From assembly GCA_951406725.2 (NCBI GenBank), contig OX597832.1:15004001-15068000 (forward strand): a stretch of 64,000 nucleotides of DNA, read 5' to 3'. The translations under genes and the position numbers were made by a program. The stretch is from Octopus vulgaris (Eukaryota). Below, in pieces: positions 14,000 through 27,837 of this stretch (position 1 is its first letter; every line of letters starts with the position of its first letter). The notes beneath the pieces are model-generated. The model did no database searches and had not been told where the DNA came from. It saw only the letters and a program-made list of their open reading frames with translations.

Positions 14000-14755
14000 G
14001 AACAGATATTAATTCTGCATTCAAAATTCTGGCGTCTACTGCTAGACACTAAGAACAAATCCAAGTGCGGATCAGAAATATCTGTGATAAATTATAGTCA
14101 AGACTGGCTTACATCATCTTAAAGTTGCTAACCCTACCCGCCTTCGTAACGGCGGTGTTAGTACCTCGTATTCCACCTATAGGAATAATAATCTTACTAA
14201 TCGCTTCCAGATTTATAGTTATTTCTATTTGATATCTTATAAGCAAACGAGAAGTTGCGAGCGTCTCGGCATTGCACATTAAATGGTAATTGCTTGACCT
14301 ATTATGTTCAATATAAATGCACATTACCACATCACTATAGAAGTGATTCCAAACCTAGGCTCCACGGACACTTGATGGCCTGCAAAGATAGTACTGGGGT
14401 CCGTGAACTAAATTCGAAATTGTATATATACCTGAACTCTATTTTATATCTTATCTATTATAACTATTATAACCATTATCTAACAGCATCTATGATGAAG
14501 GGATATATAAAATATCCCGGAAACAGCCGTAAGAACTTTTATTTATAAATGTTCTGAAATCTTTCACAGCCTTGGATATTTATCTCATTCTGGTATTTTT
14601 TCCTATATATACGTATGCTGATATAAGACCTACGTTGGAATCCTCATTCACATAATCACTGAACCTGGAGCATAATTATACTCTCTCCATAGCACTTACT
14701 GAGAAGTACCTGACACATTTGGGTCATCTTGACAACATTATCTCTCATAACCTCA
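14000..14755 (+). mobile_element. Probable 3' end/pLTR of a Penelope-like element with a decayed hammerhead (14489-14534)
   Basis: TCT-ATGATGA-A-GGGATAT ataaa ATATCCC-G-GAAA-CAGCCG-TA-AGA; the element ends at a (TA)n tract. The PLE assignment is inferred from the motif architecture. Confidence 0.45.
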
Positions 14756-14756
14756 A

Positions 14757-14795
<39 letters not shown>

Positions 14796-14814
14796 CGTGT
14801 GTGTGTGTCTGTGT

Positions 14815-14960
14815 ATTGAGGGCAGCTGCATCGAACTCTCTCATGCACCAAATGGCAGTTGCTAAAAAGCATTCGTGAAGTAAAACCATGTAGCAACAGC
14901 AAATGGCGGTGTCCCAGCATGGCCACAGCTCGTGAGCTGAAACTAGAATCAATCAATCAT
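14815..14960 (+). mobile_element. Extremely 5'-truncated CR1-like LINE end
   Basis: Encodes RAAASNSLMHQMAVAKKHS*, homologous to MRVAISNSILHQVPHLRRGSS* at 47880-47960 (minus), followed by the shared GGCGGTG..CAGCATGGCC tail and (AATC)n. Confidence 0.7.
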
Positions 14961-14967
14961 TCAATCA

Positions 14968-15012
<45 letters not shown>

Positions 15013-15222
15013 AGGTTATGAGAGATAATGTTGTCAAGATGACCCAAATGTGTCAAGTACTTCTCAGTAAGTGCTATGGAGAGAGTATAATTATATATAT
15101 ATATATATATGTATGTATATATATAATGTATAAAATATATATATATATATATGTATAAAATGGCGGTGCCCCAGCATGGCCACAGCTCATTAGCTGAAAC
15201 TGGAAAAATCAAAATCAAAATC

Positions 15223-15271
<49 letters not shown>

Positions 15272-15363
15272 TATATATATATACTGATAGTGATTGACAA
15301 CTGAGCACCGTCCATTGGACGGGCGTTGTTTTGCTCGTATATGTATATATAGATATATATATA

Positions 15364-15920
15364 TACGATGGGATGTCAAAAGTTATTCGCCCGCTCAACG
15401 GAATTAATCAAAAATTATCCGTCTTTTACCATAACATCTTAATTATTGTCACACTGTTTTCTGCGACTGCGTGCTTATATTTGGTACTATTGTAGCTATG
15501 TAATCGCAATTTGACCCTGATCACACCATTTATCTTCCTGGCTTTACAGTGTAAGGTTGTGCAGCAAAGATGAACGAAGCCCATTATTCCGAATTGTCTG
15601 ATCGACAGGTGTGTCATGTGTTGAAGTTCATCGGAGGCATTTAGCACAATCCTCGGACAGTGCAATACCACCTAGAAGTGTTTATGAGTGGATTGAGAAA
15701 ATTAAAAGTGGCAAGATGTGCGTGACCCACAAGGCGAGTGCTGGACGCCACTGACGAGAATCTAAACAAGCTCCGGAATTTTTAATGGCGCGATCAGGCT
15801 CAAACTTCGATCACGTGCCAACAACAGAATAAACTGTAAGCACGCATGCGCAGACAGCAGTGTAGTATTAATAATGATATATTATGGCAGAAGTGTGTAT
15901 AATATTTGATTTCCCCTCGT
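15364..15920 (+). mobile_element. Internally deleted mariner-type DNA transposon
   Basis: Imperfect TIRs TACGATGGGATGTCAAAAGTTAT / ATAATATTTGATTTCCCCTCGTG; transposase HTH remnant SVYEWIEKIKSG. Confidence 0.65.
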
Positions 15921-15941
15921 GAACACACACACACACACATA

Positions 15942-15986
<45 letters not shown>

Positions 15987-16795
15987 GCAAAGACACACAT
16001 ACACACATAAGTATGTAAGTATGGATTCATACACCCATACATATGTGCTTATCATTTTGTGTTTAGAGCGTGAGTTAAAAATTCTCTTTTAAACGCTTGT
16101 ATGTTTTCGTTTTGTTTGTAAACCAGGAAGACCAACACTACCACCACCACCATCATCATCACCATCATCATCATCACCATCATCAACATTGTCACGATCG
16201 TTAAATTTTGAATTCAAGCTAAATTAACACTACAGAGTTTGGCATTTTCATTGACCCTGCATATGTGACCTCAACATGATTTGATGCACGCAGGAAGCTT
16301 ATCGGTACATTTGCCAGAAAACATTCTATTCTATTCCGTAACAACTCTGACTTATCAACATTTGTTAAAATCAATATCAATAGCACAGCTCTTCAATTAC
16401 ATTATCAATACATTTCCATATGATGTAAAATGTAATTTTTAACAGCCGTTTACAGTGCTTTTTTTTTCCTGATTTTTTTCAAATAACGGATATATGGTTT
16501 CATAAATCCATAAAATATAGAAAACTGAACTAGTGCTGAATATGTAATTTAAAATTTCCTAAGCTATAACAATGTTATATGTGGCATTTTGTCGAATATA
16601 TTTTGAACATGTTTGGTATAATATAACAAGTTCAATGCTATCCGAAACTATACAGATTATCTCTGTAAGATAATGCTTGATTTTAAATTGCATGGCGGCA
16701 TTTGTTCTGTCCCATATCCGAGTTCCAAATCCGCTGAGTTCGATTTAATTTCTCCTCCATTTAGCGGTCGATATGATATAGCTACCATAGAAGAG

Positions 16796-16906
16796 TGGAG
16801 CTTTAGGTGTTTTCGCTCAATAAACACTTACAACGCCCGGTCTGCGAATCGAAACCGCGATCCTACGACCGCGAGTCCGCTGCTCTAACCATTGGGCCAT
16901 TGCGCC
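16796..16906 (-). mobile_element. SINE family B (partial)
   Basis: Matches 3974-4126. Confidence 0.85.
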
Positions 16907-17030
16907 TCCACCATAGAAGAGTAAACAAATAATTTCACTTACTGTATGGAAAGCGAAATTCAGGAGACGAATGAGTAGTATTGTCTTGCATTTATTATGA
17001 AATATATATATACATATTATAAAAATGATA

Positions 17031-17103
<73 letters not shown>

Positions 17104-17420
17104 ACAGTACTGTTTCTCTTTCGTGGACTTTCGCTTGCCTCGAGAAGTTGCGGAATATAACACCCACGAACATTGAGGATTACCGTATACTTAAAAATTT
17201 TTATTCGTTAATGAAACGTACGTAAATCGAAGTAACTAATATATTATAAACTACGCCACGTTTTCTTGCACTCTCTCTCTCTTTCTCTCCCTTTATATAT
17301 GTGTATGTGTGTATGTAGATGTATATACTCGTGGAAAGAACTTTCAATATCCGAGAGGTAGTAAACACGTAAATCTTTTTTTTTGTTTTACTCTTACGGT
17401 GCCTGACTAAGTAGATAAAC

Positions 17421-18520
17421 TACAAATGCGATTACGGTTGAAAAGTTCATAGGCTGAGCAACCAAATTTTATTGGAATATCACCAAATTAGGTTTACTTT
17501 TTAAATAGTCCATCTTAACGTTGAAATACTTCTGCCTCCGATGTTGCAGTACTGGGATACAGTTTTTCAAAGAGCTTTCATCTTGTTGGTCTAAAACGTC
17601 ATCAACAGCAGACATAGCGTCGCCATGGCTGTGATACTGTTTCGCAGCCAAGTCAGTTTCATGTAAACGGATGATACTCAGATACGACCAATTTAGGAGA
17701 ATGGTTTGGAGATTGATCAATCTCTTTAAAACCAAGTTCACGCACACTAACCATTGAAACCACGGACTAGTGTCCTGCATGATTTTCCTTATGAAACAAG
17801 ACACCTTTCTTCAGTTTTCCCTGGCGATTGGTATTGATAGACCTTCGTAACTGCCTCGGCGACTTGGCATACTGCTTTCCATTGATAATGAGGTCCTTTT
17901 TAAAATATTCAATACGCACAATGCTTCTTGCATAAAAAAAAAGCAGAGGCCATCACCTTTCCTTCAAATGAAACTGCCATGGCATTATGTGACCTCTTTG
18001 CCTCTGGTTCAAAATGACGACTCAACATTCATCCTGGGTTAGAAAACATTCAAGGGGACCAGCTTGATCTGCTTTAAACAATGTCAAATGTTACTGGTGC
18101 TCTTTGGAGAGGTTTCAAATGAACTGGTACACATAAGGAAGAAGCCATCATCATGCCAAGTTCATTGTGCAGAAATGATTTGATTGTTTCGCGGAATATG
18201 CTAATAGCATAAGCTTTTGCATTTATAGCCAGTCGCCTGTCATCTCTTTGCATGTGGTGAACAGGATAAGCGTTTTTCTAGGTAGTAGCAGTTGCAGTTC
18301 TAGTCGATGGGTCATCTACAAAACTCACCCTATAACTCCTAAATCTAGCTGCCCAGGTTTACACTGTTGATAAAACTGGAATCAAACGTGAAACCCGTGT
18401 CAGAATGAATGTTGTTGAACACTAAACTTTTTTCCTGCAGGTACATGATAACAGCAGGACACCATATAGTGTCGATGTTCAAGTGTAGTCGTTGCTAGTT
18501 AAATGTTAAGTCTCCTTGAA
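17421..18520 (-). pseudogene. Decayed mariner transposon/transposase
   Basis: Minus strand gives AVIMYLQEKS..TWAARFRSYRVSFVDDP (N-terminal HTH) and LQHRRQKYFNVKMDY (mariner C-terminal RWxKCxxxxGDY motif); TIR-like GGTTGAAAAGTTCATAGGCTG at ~17436. Confidence 0.75.
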
Positions 18521-18769
18521 CAGTTAGATGTTATTTACATCGTGCAGAAAAAAAGTGATGAAATTTATGCATGCAGGATTTCACATCTGCAACATCAGTC
18601 CCTCATAATCAGATTAGTAGACTCTACATTACTGAGTTACAATCGTATAGTTGTAAAAATTCGAAGACAAATTTCTTGCTTTTCCATGTGGGTTTTATGT
18701 TAAACCAGTATTCTGAATGCTATTACTTTATGAAATGCAATGTAAAAACAACTTTTCTATAAATGTTTC

Positions 18770-19304
18770 GGATCTTTACGGTTTGAACGGCGGTTTTTAA
18801 TATAATTTCTAGGTAACTAAAAACTTTTAAACTTCGTATGCTGGTAGAATGTGTTTATAAAACATCTTTTTCTCTTGGCTTCATTGAGAAAATTCTAGAG
18901 TTTGTAAGATATTTGGTCTTAAATTTCTCGCATTTCGGCAATTTCAACCAATCAATGACTGTCTATTGAGGTGAAAAGTTAAGGTTAATTAGGGTTAGGG
19001 TTAGAGGTAGGGGAAGGGTATATTTTTGTTTCTTCACAAATGTGAATAAACCACATCTGTTTCATAAACGAGGGACATATTCATACGGCACAGAATGCTT
19101 TTTAACTCAATAGACGCCAGTGATTGGTTGAAATTGCAGAAATTGAAGAAATTAAAGACCAAATATCTTAAAAACTATAGAATTTTCTCAGTAAAGCAAT
19201 GAGTAAAGGATGTTTAATAAACACGTTCTACGAGTATACGAAGTTTAAAATTTTTTAGTTACTTAGAAATTCTGTTAAAAACTGCCGTTCAAACCGAAAC
19301 GATC
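18770..19304. mobile_element. MITE with ~205 bp TIRs and a 9-bp target-site duplication (Mutator-like)
   Basis: Ends GGATCTTTACGGTTTGAACGGC / GCCGTTCAAACCGAAACGATC; AAATGTTTC repeated directly at 18761-18769 and 19305-19313. Confidence 0.85.
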
Positions 19305-19904
19305 AAATGTTTCTCCTGTTAAAACAAAATTGTATAAGGTTAAAGAAGTTTGGTTGCTCTTTCTATCAAATTGATGCATGAAGTACTGGTTTCCTAATCA
19401 CTGCTAACGTCGAATATGTGGCATGATTACTTTTATGGCATATGTAGTAAGTAAGCAGTTGACAGTAAACAAATATGCAATTTTATGTGCTGTATCGCTC
19501 TTCCTACCACAACGTCTGCAACGTATTCGCACAACATTTATCGCAGTTTATGCATCATACGTTGCTTGAAACTTCAAGCCGTGTCTTCGAAGGGAATAGA
19601 TTGTAAATTATCCCCATCTTCCGCCATACTCTTGATTAATATTTACTTCATGTGATATACGATCTTTTAATGTTATATTACAGAAGGAAGCTCAAATGTC
19701 AAGTTATCCTTCAAAGGTCTGAAATCCAAGAGAGGCATTAAATGCAGGTTTGCAATATAGTGAGTTTAATATTATATAAACTATGATTTATTAATATTTT
19801 GCCATTTGTTCCGTGGTGATCTTGTTTGTGTAAAGAGCTTCCTAAATGCTATCCTCCACAATTAAGCCAAATGTCTCTGACTGTTAATATTTTTAATATG
19901 TTAA

Positions 19905-20125
19905 GGCAGCGTGTTGGCAGAATTGTTAGCACGCCAGGCAAAATGCTTAGCGTCATTTGGTTCGTTCTTACGAGCTGAGTTCGCATTCCATCACCGTCGA
20001 CTTAGCCATTTTGTCATTTGATGTTCAATGAATTATGTACCATTCCTTCAGAGCCGATAAAGAAAGTACCAGTTGATCACGGGAATCGATCTACTTGACA
20101 TCCCTCCTCGCCTGAAATCGTTAGC
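19905..20125 (+). mobile_element. SINE family C (degenerate)
   Basis: GGCAGCGTGTTGGCAGAATTGTTAGCACGCC head; homologous to 46082-46290 and to the units at 24590-25052. Confidence 0.7.
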
Positions 20126-21419
20126 TTTGAACCAACAATTTTTAAGCCAATATTTTAAAATATCCATACAGCGCTTTGGCCGAATCGCTAGTCTTCCGGT
20201 CGAAATATACTGAGAAGGGAAAAATTTCATTGACATTACGTTGTTATGTGAATGAAAAAATTTAACCAAGTTTTAATTATCTCGACTTTTAATTTTTACG
20301 TTTCATTTTCTTCTTGCTAAAGTAAATCTGACGAGCATCAGTACTGTATCAAATAAGATATGGCAACACTTCAAAATATGTAAAGAGCTCAGGATAAGAT
20401 ATTCATCAGCGATTTTGAGTAGAGATACATACTCGTGGACGCATGGATTTTGTAAGCGAATCTAGATGGAGACGTTATTTGTATACATCACATTTAGAAA
20501 ACAACACATCCTGAACGGTGTAATTATATGTTTCCGTTCTTTGTCTGTTAACATATTCATTTCAGGACACGAAAACAAATTCTGAAAGAGTTAATCAGCC
20601 ATTTGGTGAAATATTTATGAGTATGCTACATTAAATTAGATGAAGTTCATGTTTAAATATATCTACACTGGATACGTTTCAACAAACGAAATGAATATAC
20701 TAATACTTTAAGCACTTATCGATAAAAACGAAAATACAATCAAATTAATGAACAGATCTTGGCGCCGTAGTTTCTATAAATGATGTATGCTTTGATGTAA
20801 CATAATATGATAATACAAGTGATGCATGCAGATCGAGAATACAAACAATAACGGATCGAGCCAATTTTGATATTTTGAAAGATTCGAAAGGCTATATCGA
20901 ATGGCTTATGTCTTTCGTCATCGAAGATCACATCGATTCATTTGTGTTGGGAGACTTTAAGACACCGCAATATTTTCACCTCGCTGTCTGTCTCCTCTGT
21001 CAAACATTTCTCGCCGGGCCGATGAACGTCGAGCGCAAATTTGCTTATAGATATTAGGAAAAAATAAATTGCCACTGCCAAACTACTACGTAGTAATTCA
21101 CGGTTTGCGAACAGAACAATTCAAGCAATAATATATATATATATATATATATACGTTCTTAATATGTATCGACACATTCGACCGTGAATATATGAGCGCT
21201 GTAGCGTTTCGATATCGGAGAACACGACCTCATTTTCGATGATATGCATTCATAACACACATCAATCACCGCGTAGTATATATCAATTCAATAACTATAC
21301 ACTTGCAAGTACACGCCAATTTATATGCACATTTCCAAACGGGCTTATGTAAATATATCTTTGAATCGTCATTTAACCACAAACAAATAATTTGATTTAA
21401 TAATTGATGGTATACTTTG

Positions 21420-21716
<297 letters not shown>

Positions 21717-21976
21717 ATGAAATCTCCCACCGAAAACAACAAAGGAAGGATGTTCAGCTTTTCCAGTACGACCCCCGAAAAATTATTTGTTTATAGGGAT
21801 CAAATATTCGTGCTGCACATAAGTTCATTCTCTCCATGAAATCGAAGTTGAATGACCGCTCAGTTGTCGGTGTTATCGCAGGACAAAAAAAGTGTTTTGC
21901 TCGAGAACAAACGCACCACCCTGCCTAGGATTTGAGACTGCGGCATCGTGCTCGTAAGTGTAGTGTATATATACAA

Positions 21977-22192
21977 ACATGAAGGATGCTGGAAAGTTCT
22001 TGCCTTGAAAGGTATTACGAAAAGCCTGGTTGGTGGTCCACGCTCACGAGTTCTTTTATAGGGCCCAGGAAAACTGAAGGATAGCTGTGATATCTGTGCG
22101 AATCTGAGAATCGGATAGGTTCGATAAAATCATAATTAACTGATCCCTTTGCATTTTCTTCTAACGAAAGCCAGGAAATTTTCAACACCGTG
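21977..22192. mobile_element. Mariner-type MITE (degenerate)
   Basis: Inverted ends GATGCTGGAAAGTTCTTGCCTT / AAAGCCAGGAAATTTTCAACACC. Confidence 0.55.
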
Positions 22193-24589
22193 CACACACA
22201 CACACACACAGACATACCACATAACAGGTATTTCTGCTCCTTTATCGCAAATAGCATTTATGTGACATCGGTGCGCGCTAGAAATAGCAGCCAAATTATT
22301 GGCGGTGATATACGTTGAATGCACACGAAAGAAACCTATAGATAAAAAATATATATTTCCCACCGAGGTTACGAACGGGTGTTTTACGAAGAATTTACTG
22401 TATTTTTAAAATCATTTTCACTGACAAAAATGTTGCCCATCATAACGTATCTAATGGAAAGTTTAGAGTTTTCTTCCTTTCACGGTTAATTTCTTTTCAG
22501 AGAATGTTTCCTACTTAGTTCGCGCCGTTTACATCAATCCAATAATTAAATAATATCATTTCAACACGGATCTAATAGGATAAAATGCCGGTGAGGCCGA
22601 GACATTGAGCGATTTATAAGCATTTCTCTCCACCACCATTATCCTAAATTCGAGCACCTCCTCTGGCGTTCGGTTGTTCAACTAATAAATGCCGCTTGTG
22701 AAAAATCACTTCTTCCTTAATGTCAGTGTTTGTAACTTAACGCAAACAACATTCAAAGAGATGTACAACGAAAAGAATGGTACAATTTATTAAGACCATT
22801 GCCGAGTATTTAATACCCGAGCACCGCCGGCAACTCCTGCATATATTATATACATATATATAATTCAGTACTTTCCGAATACACTGACAATCCTATGCAT
22901 GATTTGTTATAATAAAGGGGAGTGATGAAATAATTAAAAAAAACATCTATTAAAATGAAATTACCATCTCCACTGTTCGAAATTATATATGTGTCTATAT
23001 ACATTGACACATACATATACATGTATTCATAAACTCTGAAATATAGATAGATGGATAGCCGGATAATGATAATTAAATTAAGGAGTTTCTTAGCCACAGA
23101 AATTTCGAGGCGATATTTAACATGCATGTGAGCGTGTGTGTGCCCGTTTGTATGCGTGTGTGCGTGTGTGTGCTTCTGTGTATATCTGTGAGTGCGCGTG
23201 TGCTTGCGCTTATATTGGTTTTGATGTTTGGTATAAGGCTTGAAATTTCGGTGCCACGTACACTACATCGACTCCAGTGCTTAAATGGCACTTATCTTAT
23301 TAAGTCTCTGTTCCCGATTGGTTTTAAACTCATTTTGCTTGGTATGCCAAGATTCTCCGAACTAGACACCTTCATATATATATATATATATATATGATTA
23401 TATTAAAATACATTCATACATGCAGGTGCGTGTTTGCGAGTATGTGTTCTTCGGCGTGTTTCTAGTCGTCATTTTTTTTATATTAATCTGATTTTCATAT
23501 GCGTATGTGTTTTGCAATTTCTATACCTATATGCACTGACGTCATAAACTGACATAGAAAACAGCAGAAATTTTATCACATTGACTGCATAAAATCGTCG
23601 GAAGTAGATTAATAAAACACACAAAGAAGAAAAAAAAACGTTATCGATAATCTATACTATCGGCTATTATTTAGAACGGAGCTGAGCGTAGAGTATTAAT
23701 TAATGTGAGGCCATCGATTATCGGCAAATGAAATACATAATTCATTGAATGTGTTCTAGACCAATCAATAAGTTTACGATCTTTAGCAGCCGGCAATCGA
23801 ACAAGAATTTATGTTTGTTCTCCTATAATAGATAGACGTCACTTTTGTGTCAATTTGAAATTTTCGATGCTAGATCATGTTCGAAAGCCGATCCGAATGC
23901 TCCCGCACATACAAACACACACACAGATGCACGGGCACACAAGAGCACACACACACACACACACATAGATATACACACGGGCACACACGCGCACACACAA
24001 ACACAGAGACCACAGGTTCTCTTACACTCATATATATCCCTATATTTATGGATATATATGTGTGAGTGTGTGCCTCTTTGTATACGTTAATATGTGTGTC
24101 TGTGTGTGTGTACTTACATTTATATTTTTGCCCGTGAGGTAAGTCAATTACAGTGAGTGGTTAGTGGGTTGGTACTTATTTATCAACTTCTTACGAATCG
24201 TCTCCTAAGAATTAAATTAAATCTTCACCTGAGACTAATATGAAATGTGAACCCACATTTTTCGTAAGAAATTCCTTAAATAACGTTATTGTTTGATTTA
24301 AGGAGACGAACATATAACGGAGAGAAAGCGAAAATTATTACAAGGAACAATTACACGGAATATAAATCCAGACACAGCACTGATCGTCTCTAATTAGGAC
24401 ACCAGAGCATCTAATCATTTATCAGTATACTAACCATCAATCATTTTAGCATTACCGAAAATTTGCATGTGGCTTTGTGAAAAAAAAAAAAAAATTCATT
24501 GACAACAAAATTCACAAATATAAGAATATAGTTTTCTCACACAATTTCCTTCTTCCTCACTACATTAGGACTCGAATAATTCGAGGCTG

Positions 24590-25052
24590 GCAAATTTGAG
24601 GGAGGAAGCCAATCGATTATACCGACCCCAGTACGCAACTGGTAGTAAATTTGTGGACCCCGAAAGAATGAATGGCAAAGTCGACCTGGACGGAATTTAA
24701 ACATTTCGCCTGGATTGCTAACGTTTCTTATTTCCTTATTAACCACAAGGGGCTAAACATAGACGGGACAGACAAGGACAGGCAAAGGGATTAAGTAAAT
24801 TACATCGATTCCAGTGCGTATCTGGTAGTTAATTGATCGACCCCGAAAGGATGAAATGCAAAGTCGACCTCGGCGGAATTTGAACTCAGATCGTAACAAC
24901 AGACGAAATGCCTATTTCTTTACTACCCACAAGGGGCTAAACACAGTGAGGACAAACAAGGACAGACAAAAGGTTTAAGTCGATTATATCGACCCCAGTG
25001 CGTAACTGGTACTTCTTAAATGGACCCCGAAAGAATGAAAGGTAAAGTCGAC
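24590..25052 (-). mobile_element. SINE family C with three tandem internal units (~185-215 bp spacing)
   Basis: GACCCCGAAAG.ATGAA.GG.AAAGTCGAC recurs at ~24655, ~24839 and ~25023; ACCCCAGT.CG.AACTGGTA also recurs three times. Confidence 0.8.
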
Positions 25053-25189
25053 TATATATATATATACATATATATATACATACATACATACATATACACG
25101 CACACACGTATATATATATATATATATATATATACACCTGCATACATGAATACATATACACTCACGGATAGACACAGACTAGTATACTC

Positions 25190-26145
25190 ATATAAAATCT
25201 TATTTTGGCATCACGATCGAAGATTTAGAGCGGGCACTTTGATTGCATGTCTAGTGCGAAAGGCATAGCTGTAGTGAAGGCATAGCTGTAGTGGCTGCAC
25301 TTGAAGATCAGTCCAGGTTTTCATGACGTGGTATTGGAATATCACTCCTGCGCCTTTGTCCTGCTGCTATTTTGAAGAAGCCGTCAGCATAATATGTTTG
25401 GTGTTTAAATGACATGTGTCACGGATCTAAGCTAGGGTGGAACGCCGATGATAATCGATATGACAGGTACTAAGGTGTGTTATTAAGGGATGTATATCAT
25501 TTCTGAGGTCCCCTTCTGTCTTCGTGGCAGATGTAGATATCTTGGGCAGTCGATGATCATTCAACTTGAAATCATGCCCTGTCTAGCGCACCTGAGTCTT
25601 TAGTAGCATGGCTACGATACAGGTGACCTTTGCCTGTTTAAGGACTTCAACGTTGGCTGATACTGAGTATGGTAATGATGGTGTGCTGGTGAAAGCACTC
25701 AAGGTTCGTAAACGATGGAGATAAGTGACATACAACTGTGGATCATAAATGAGTATGGTAAGGACAAGTGTGCATAACCTCTGACTTGATCTCCTCCCAG
25801 ACTAATATCAAAATATCACATAGGTAATTAAGAAATGCAGTTCAAGATTTTTTTATGACGGAGACTATATGTACTGAGGATTACATCGATTAGCTGACAA
25901 AAATCTGTGAACCTTTAAATGCATCACCCAATTCTTTTTATATTCGTTTCTTTCAGACTGTTTCTATCTTTGTTTCTTAGCCTAACCGGAACCCCTGTAT
26001 CGCAGTGTACATTTATTCTAGGTTGACATATTATACCTTTTTGGAATCAGGATGTTCCTGAGACTGAAAATTTGTCCTCCATTTTTTCTTGAACATTCAG
26101 CCATGGCATCTGATTTAAATGATGATCGGTTGCTCTTTCTAACAA
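25190..26145 (-). pseudogene. Possible highly decayed retroelement RT fragment (PLE-like)
   Basis: Minus-strand YLCDILI (YxDD-like) preceded by a remnant resembling the GxxxGxPxxP RT motif; many stops. Confidence 0.3.
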
Positions 26146-26179
26146 GTATATATATAGCGACGTACGTACACTTTGGTCT

Positions 26180-26220
<41 letters not shown>

Positions 26221-26317
26221 ATGTGTGTATACATATACATTGTATGTATATATCTATCCATCTATCTGTCTATCTATCTACCTATATCTCTCTCTCTCTC
26301 TGTTATATATATATATA

Positions 26318-26350
<33 letters not shown>

Positions 26351-26352
26351 GC

Positions 26353-26417
<65 letters not shown>

Positions 26418-27154
26418 TATGTGTGTGTGTGTGTGTCTGTGTGTGTATACATATCTTCTATTCGAATATTAAATGAACTCCAGATATCTGGGAGCTAACA
26501 ATTTATTTCCTTTAAACTGAATTTAATGTAATAACTTATAGACACAGTACCAATAAATGCTTTATTATCATCGTATAATCTTGTTCTGGGCCGCAGGACT
26601 AATTAGCCCTAGGTGGATGGTCCGCATGGAGTACAGCTCTGAAACTAGTATATACATACATGTGTTTGTTTGCGCATGCGCGCGTGTGTACGTGACTGCG
26701 TATGTGCGTATGAGTGTGTGTGTCTGCTTATGATCGTGTATATGTGTGCATTTTTGTGTGTGCGTGTGTGTGTGAATGCGTTTGTTTGTCTTCACATTCA
26801 AACATTTTAAACATTCATTCTACTGTACTGTACTGTTAGACTTCATGATTTGTACCGACAGTCAAAGGAGACATTGAGATACGTTCAGTGAAAACATTTA
26901 TGTTTTATATTCTTGCATTGCATTTGTTCTTCATGGTATGTACAAAGTCAATGTAAGCTTAGCTTTAATTGTGTTTAGTGCGAAATTATCAAGCATTATA
27001 TATGTTACACATGCTGCCTTTAGTTGACCGTTCACTTAATTATTCCTTATCGGCATCTATGTTCATATATAGTTCCGGCTTTCGACCAAATACGCATAAT
27101 TTTGGTCGATTTTCCAGAACAACAACAGTGTTATCATGCCAAAAGATTCATATT

Positions 27155-27207
<53 letters not shown>

Positions 27208-27236
27208 GAGAAAAGAAGCAACAAGAATGGATTGGT

Positions 27237-27327
27237 TTTTAGTACAATTGTTTCATACAAAGACAGGCTTTATTAAAAGTTGCAAATATTGCAGCAGATA
27301 AAAGTGTCCTGTACTCATCAGCTAAAA
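27237..27327 (-). ncRNA. Type I hammerhead ribozyme motif (minus strand)
   Basis: TTTTAG-CTGATGA-GTAC...GTAT-GAAA-CAATTG-TA-CTAAAA: intact core, 6-bp stem I, palindromic CAATTG stem III, GUA cleavage triplet. Confidence 0.8.
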
Positions 27328-27746
27328 CACATATGAGTTCTCCAAACATCTTAGTGGGTGAGGTTACACTCATGAAGTATTGGAGATAATATCATTAAAA
27401 GCAGATTCAGGTTGTAAATAGACTTCCAAAGTTCTTTAATGATGATGCACAGTCTTATCACAGGTCTTAAAAAAGCTTATTAGCTTCACAAAGAAGTTTA
27501 ATCCATCCATAGTGTAGGTGTAAATTTCCAGAGATATGAGGAGGTATTTCATACTCACAGACGATGGATGGATTAAACTTCTTTGTGAAGCTAATAAGCT
27601 TTTTTAAGACCTGTGATAAGACTGTGCATCATCATTAAAGATCTTTGGAAGTCTGTTTACAACCTGAATCTGCTTTTAATGAAATTATCTCCAATACTTC
27701 ATGAGTGTAGCCTCACCCACTAAGATGTTTGGAGAACTCATATGTG

Positions 27747-27837
27747 TTTTAGCTGATGAGTACGGGACACTTTTATCTGCTGCAATATTTGCAACTTTTA
27801 ATAAAGCCTGTCTTTGTATGAAACAATTGTACTAAAA
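27747..27837 (+). ncRNA. Type I hammerhead ribozyme motif (plus strand)
   Basis: TTTTAG(27747)-CTGATGA(27753-59)-GTAC...GTAT-GAAA(27820-23)-CAATTG-TA-CTAAAA; predicted cleavage after 27831. Confidence 0.8.

Noticed and set aside
24590-25052. Regularly spaced repeats resembling a CRISPR array
   Set aside because: The intervening sequences are also homologous, the context is eukaryotic, and there are no cas genes.
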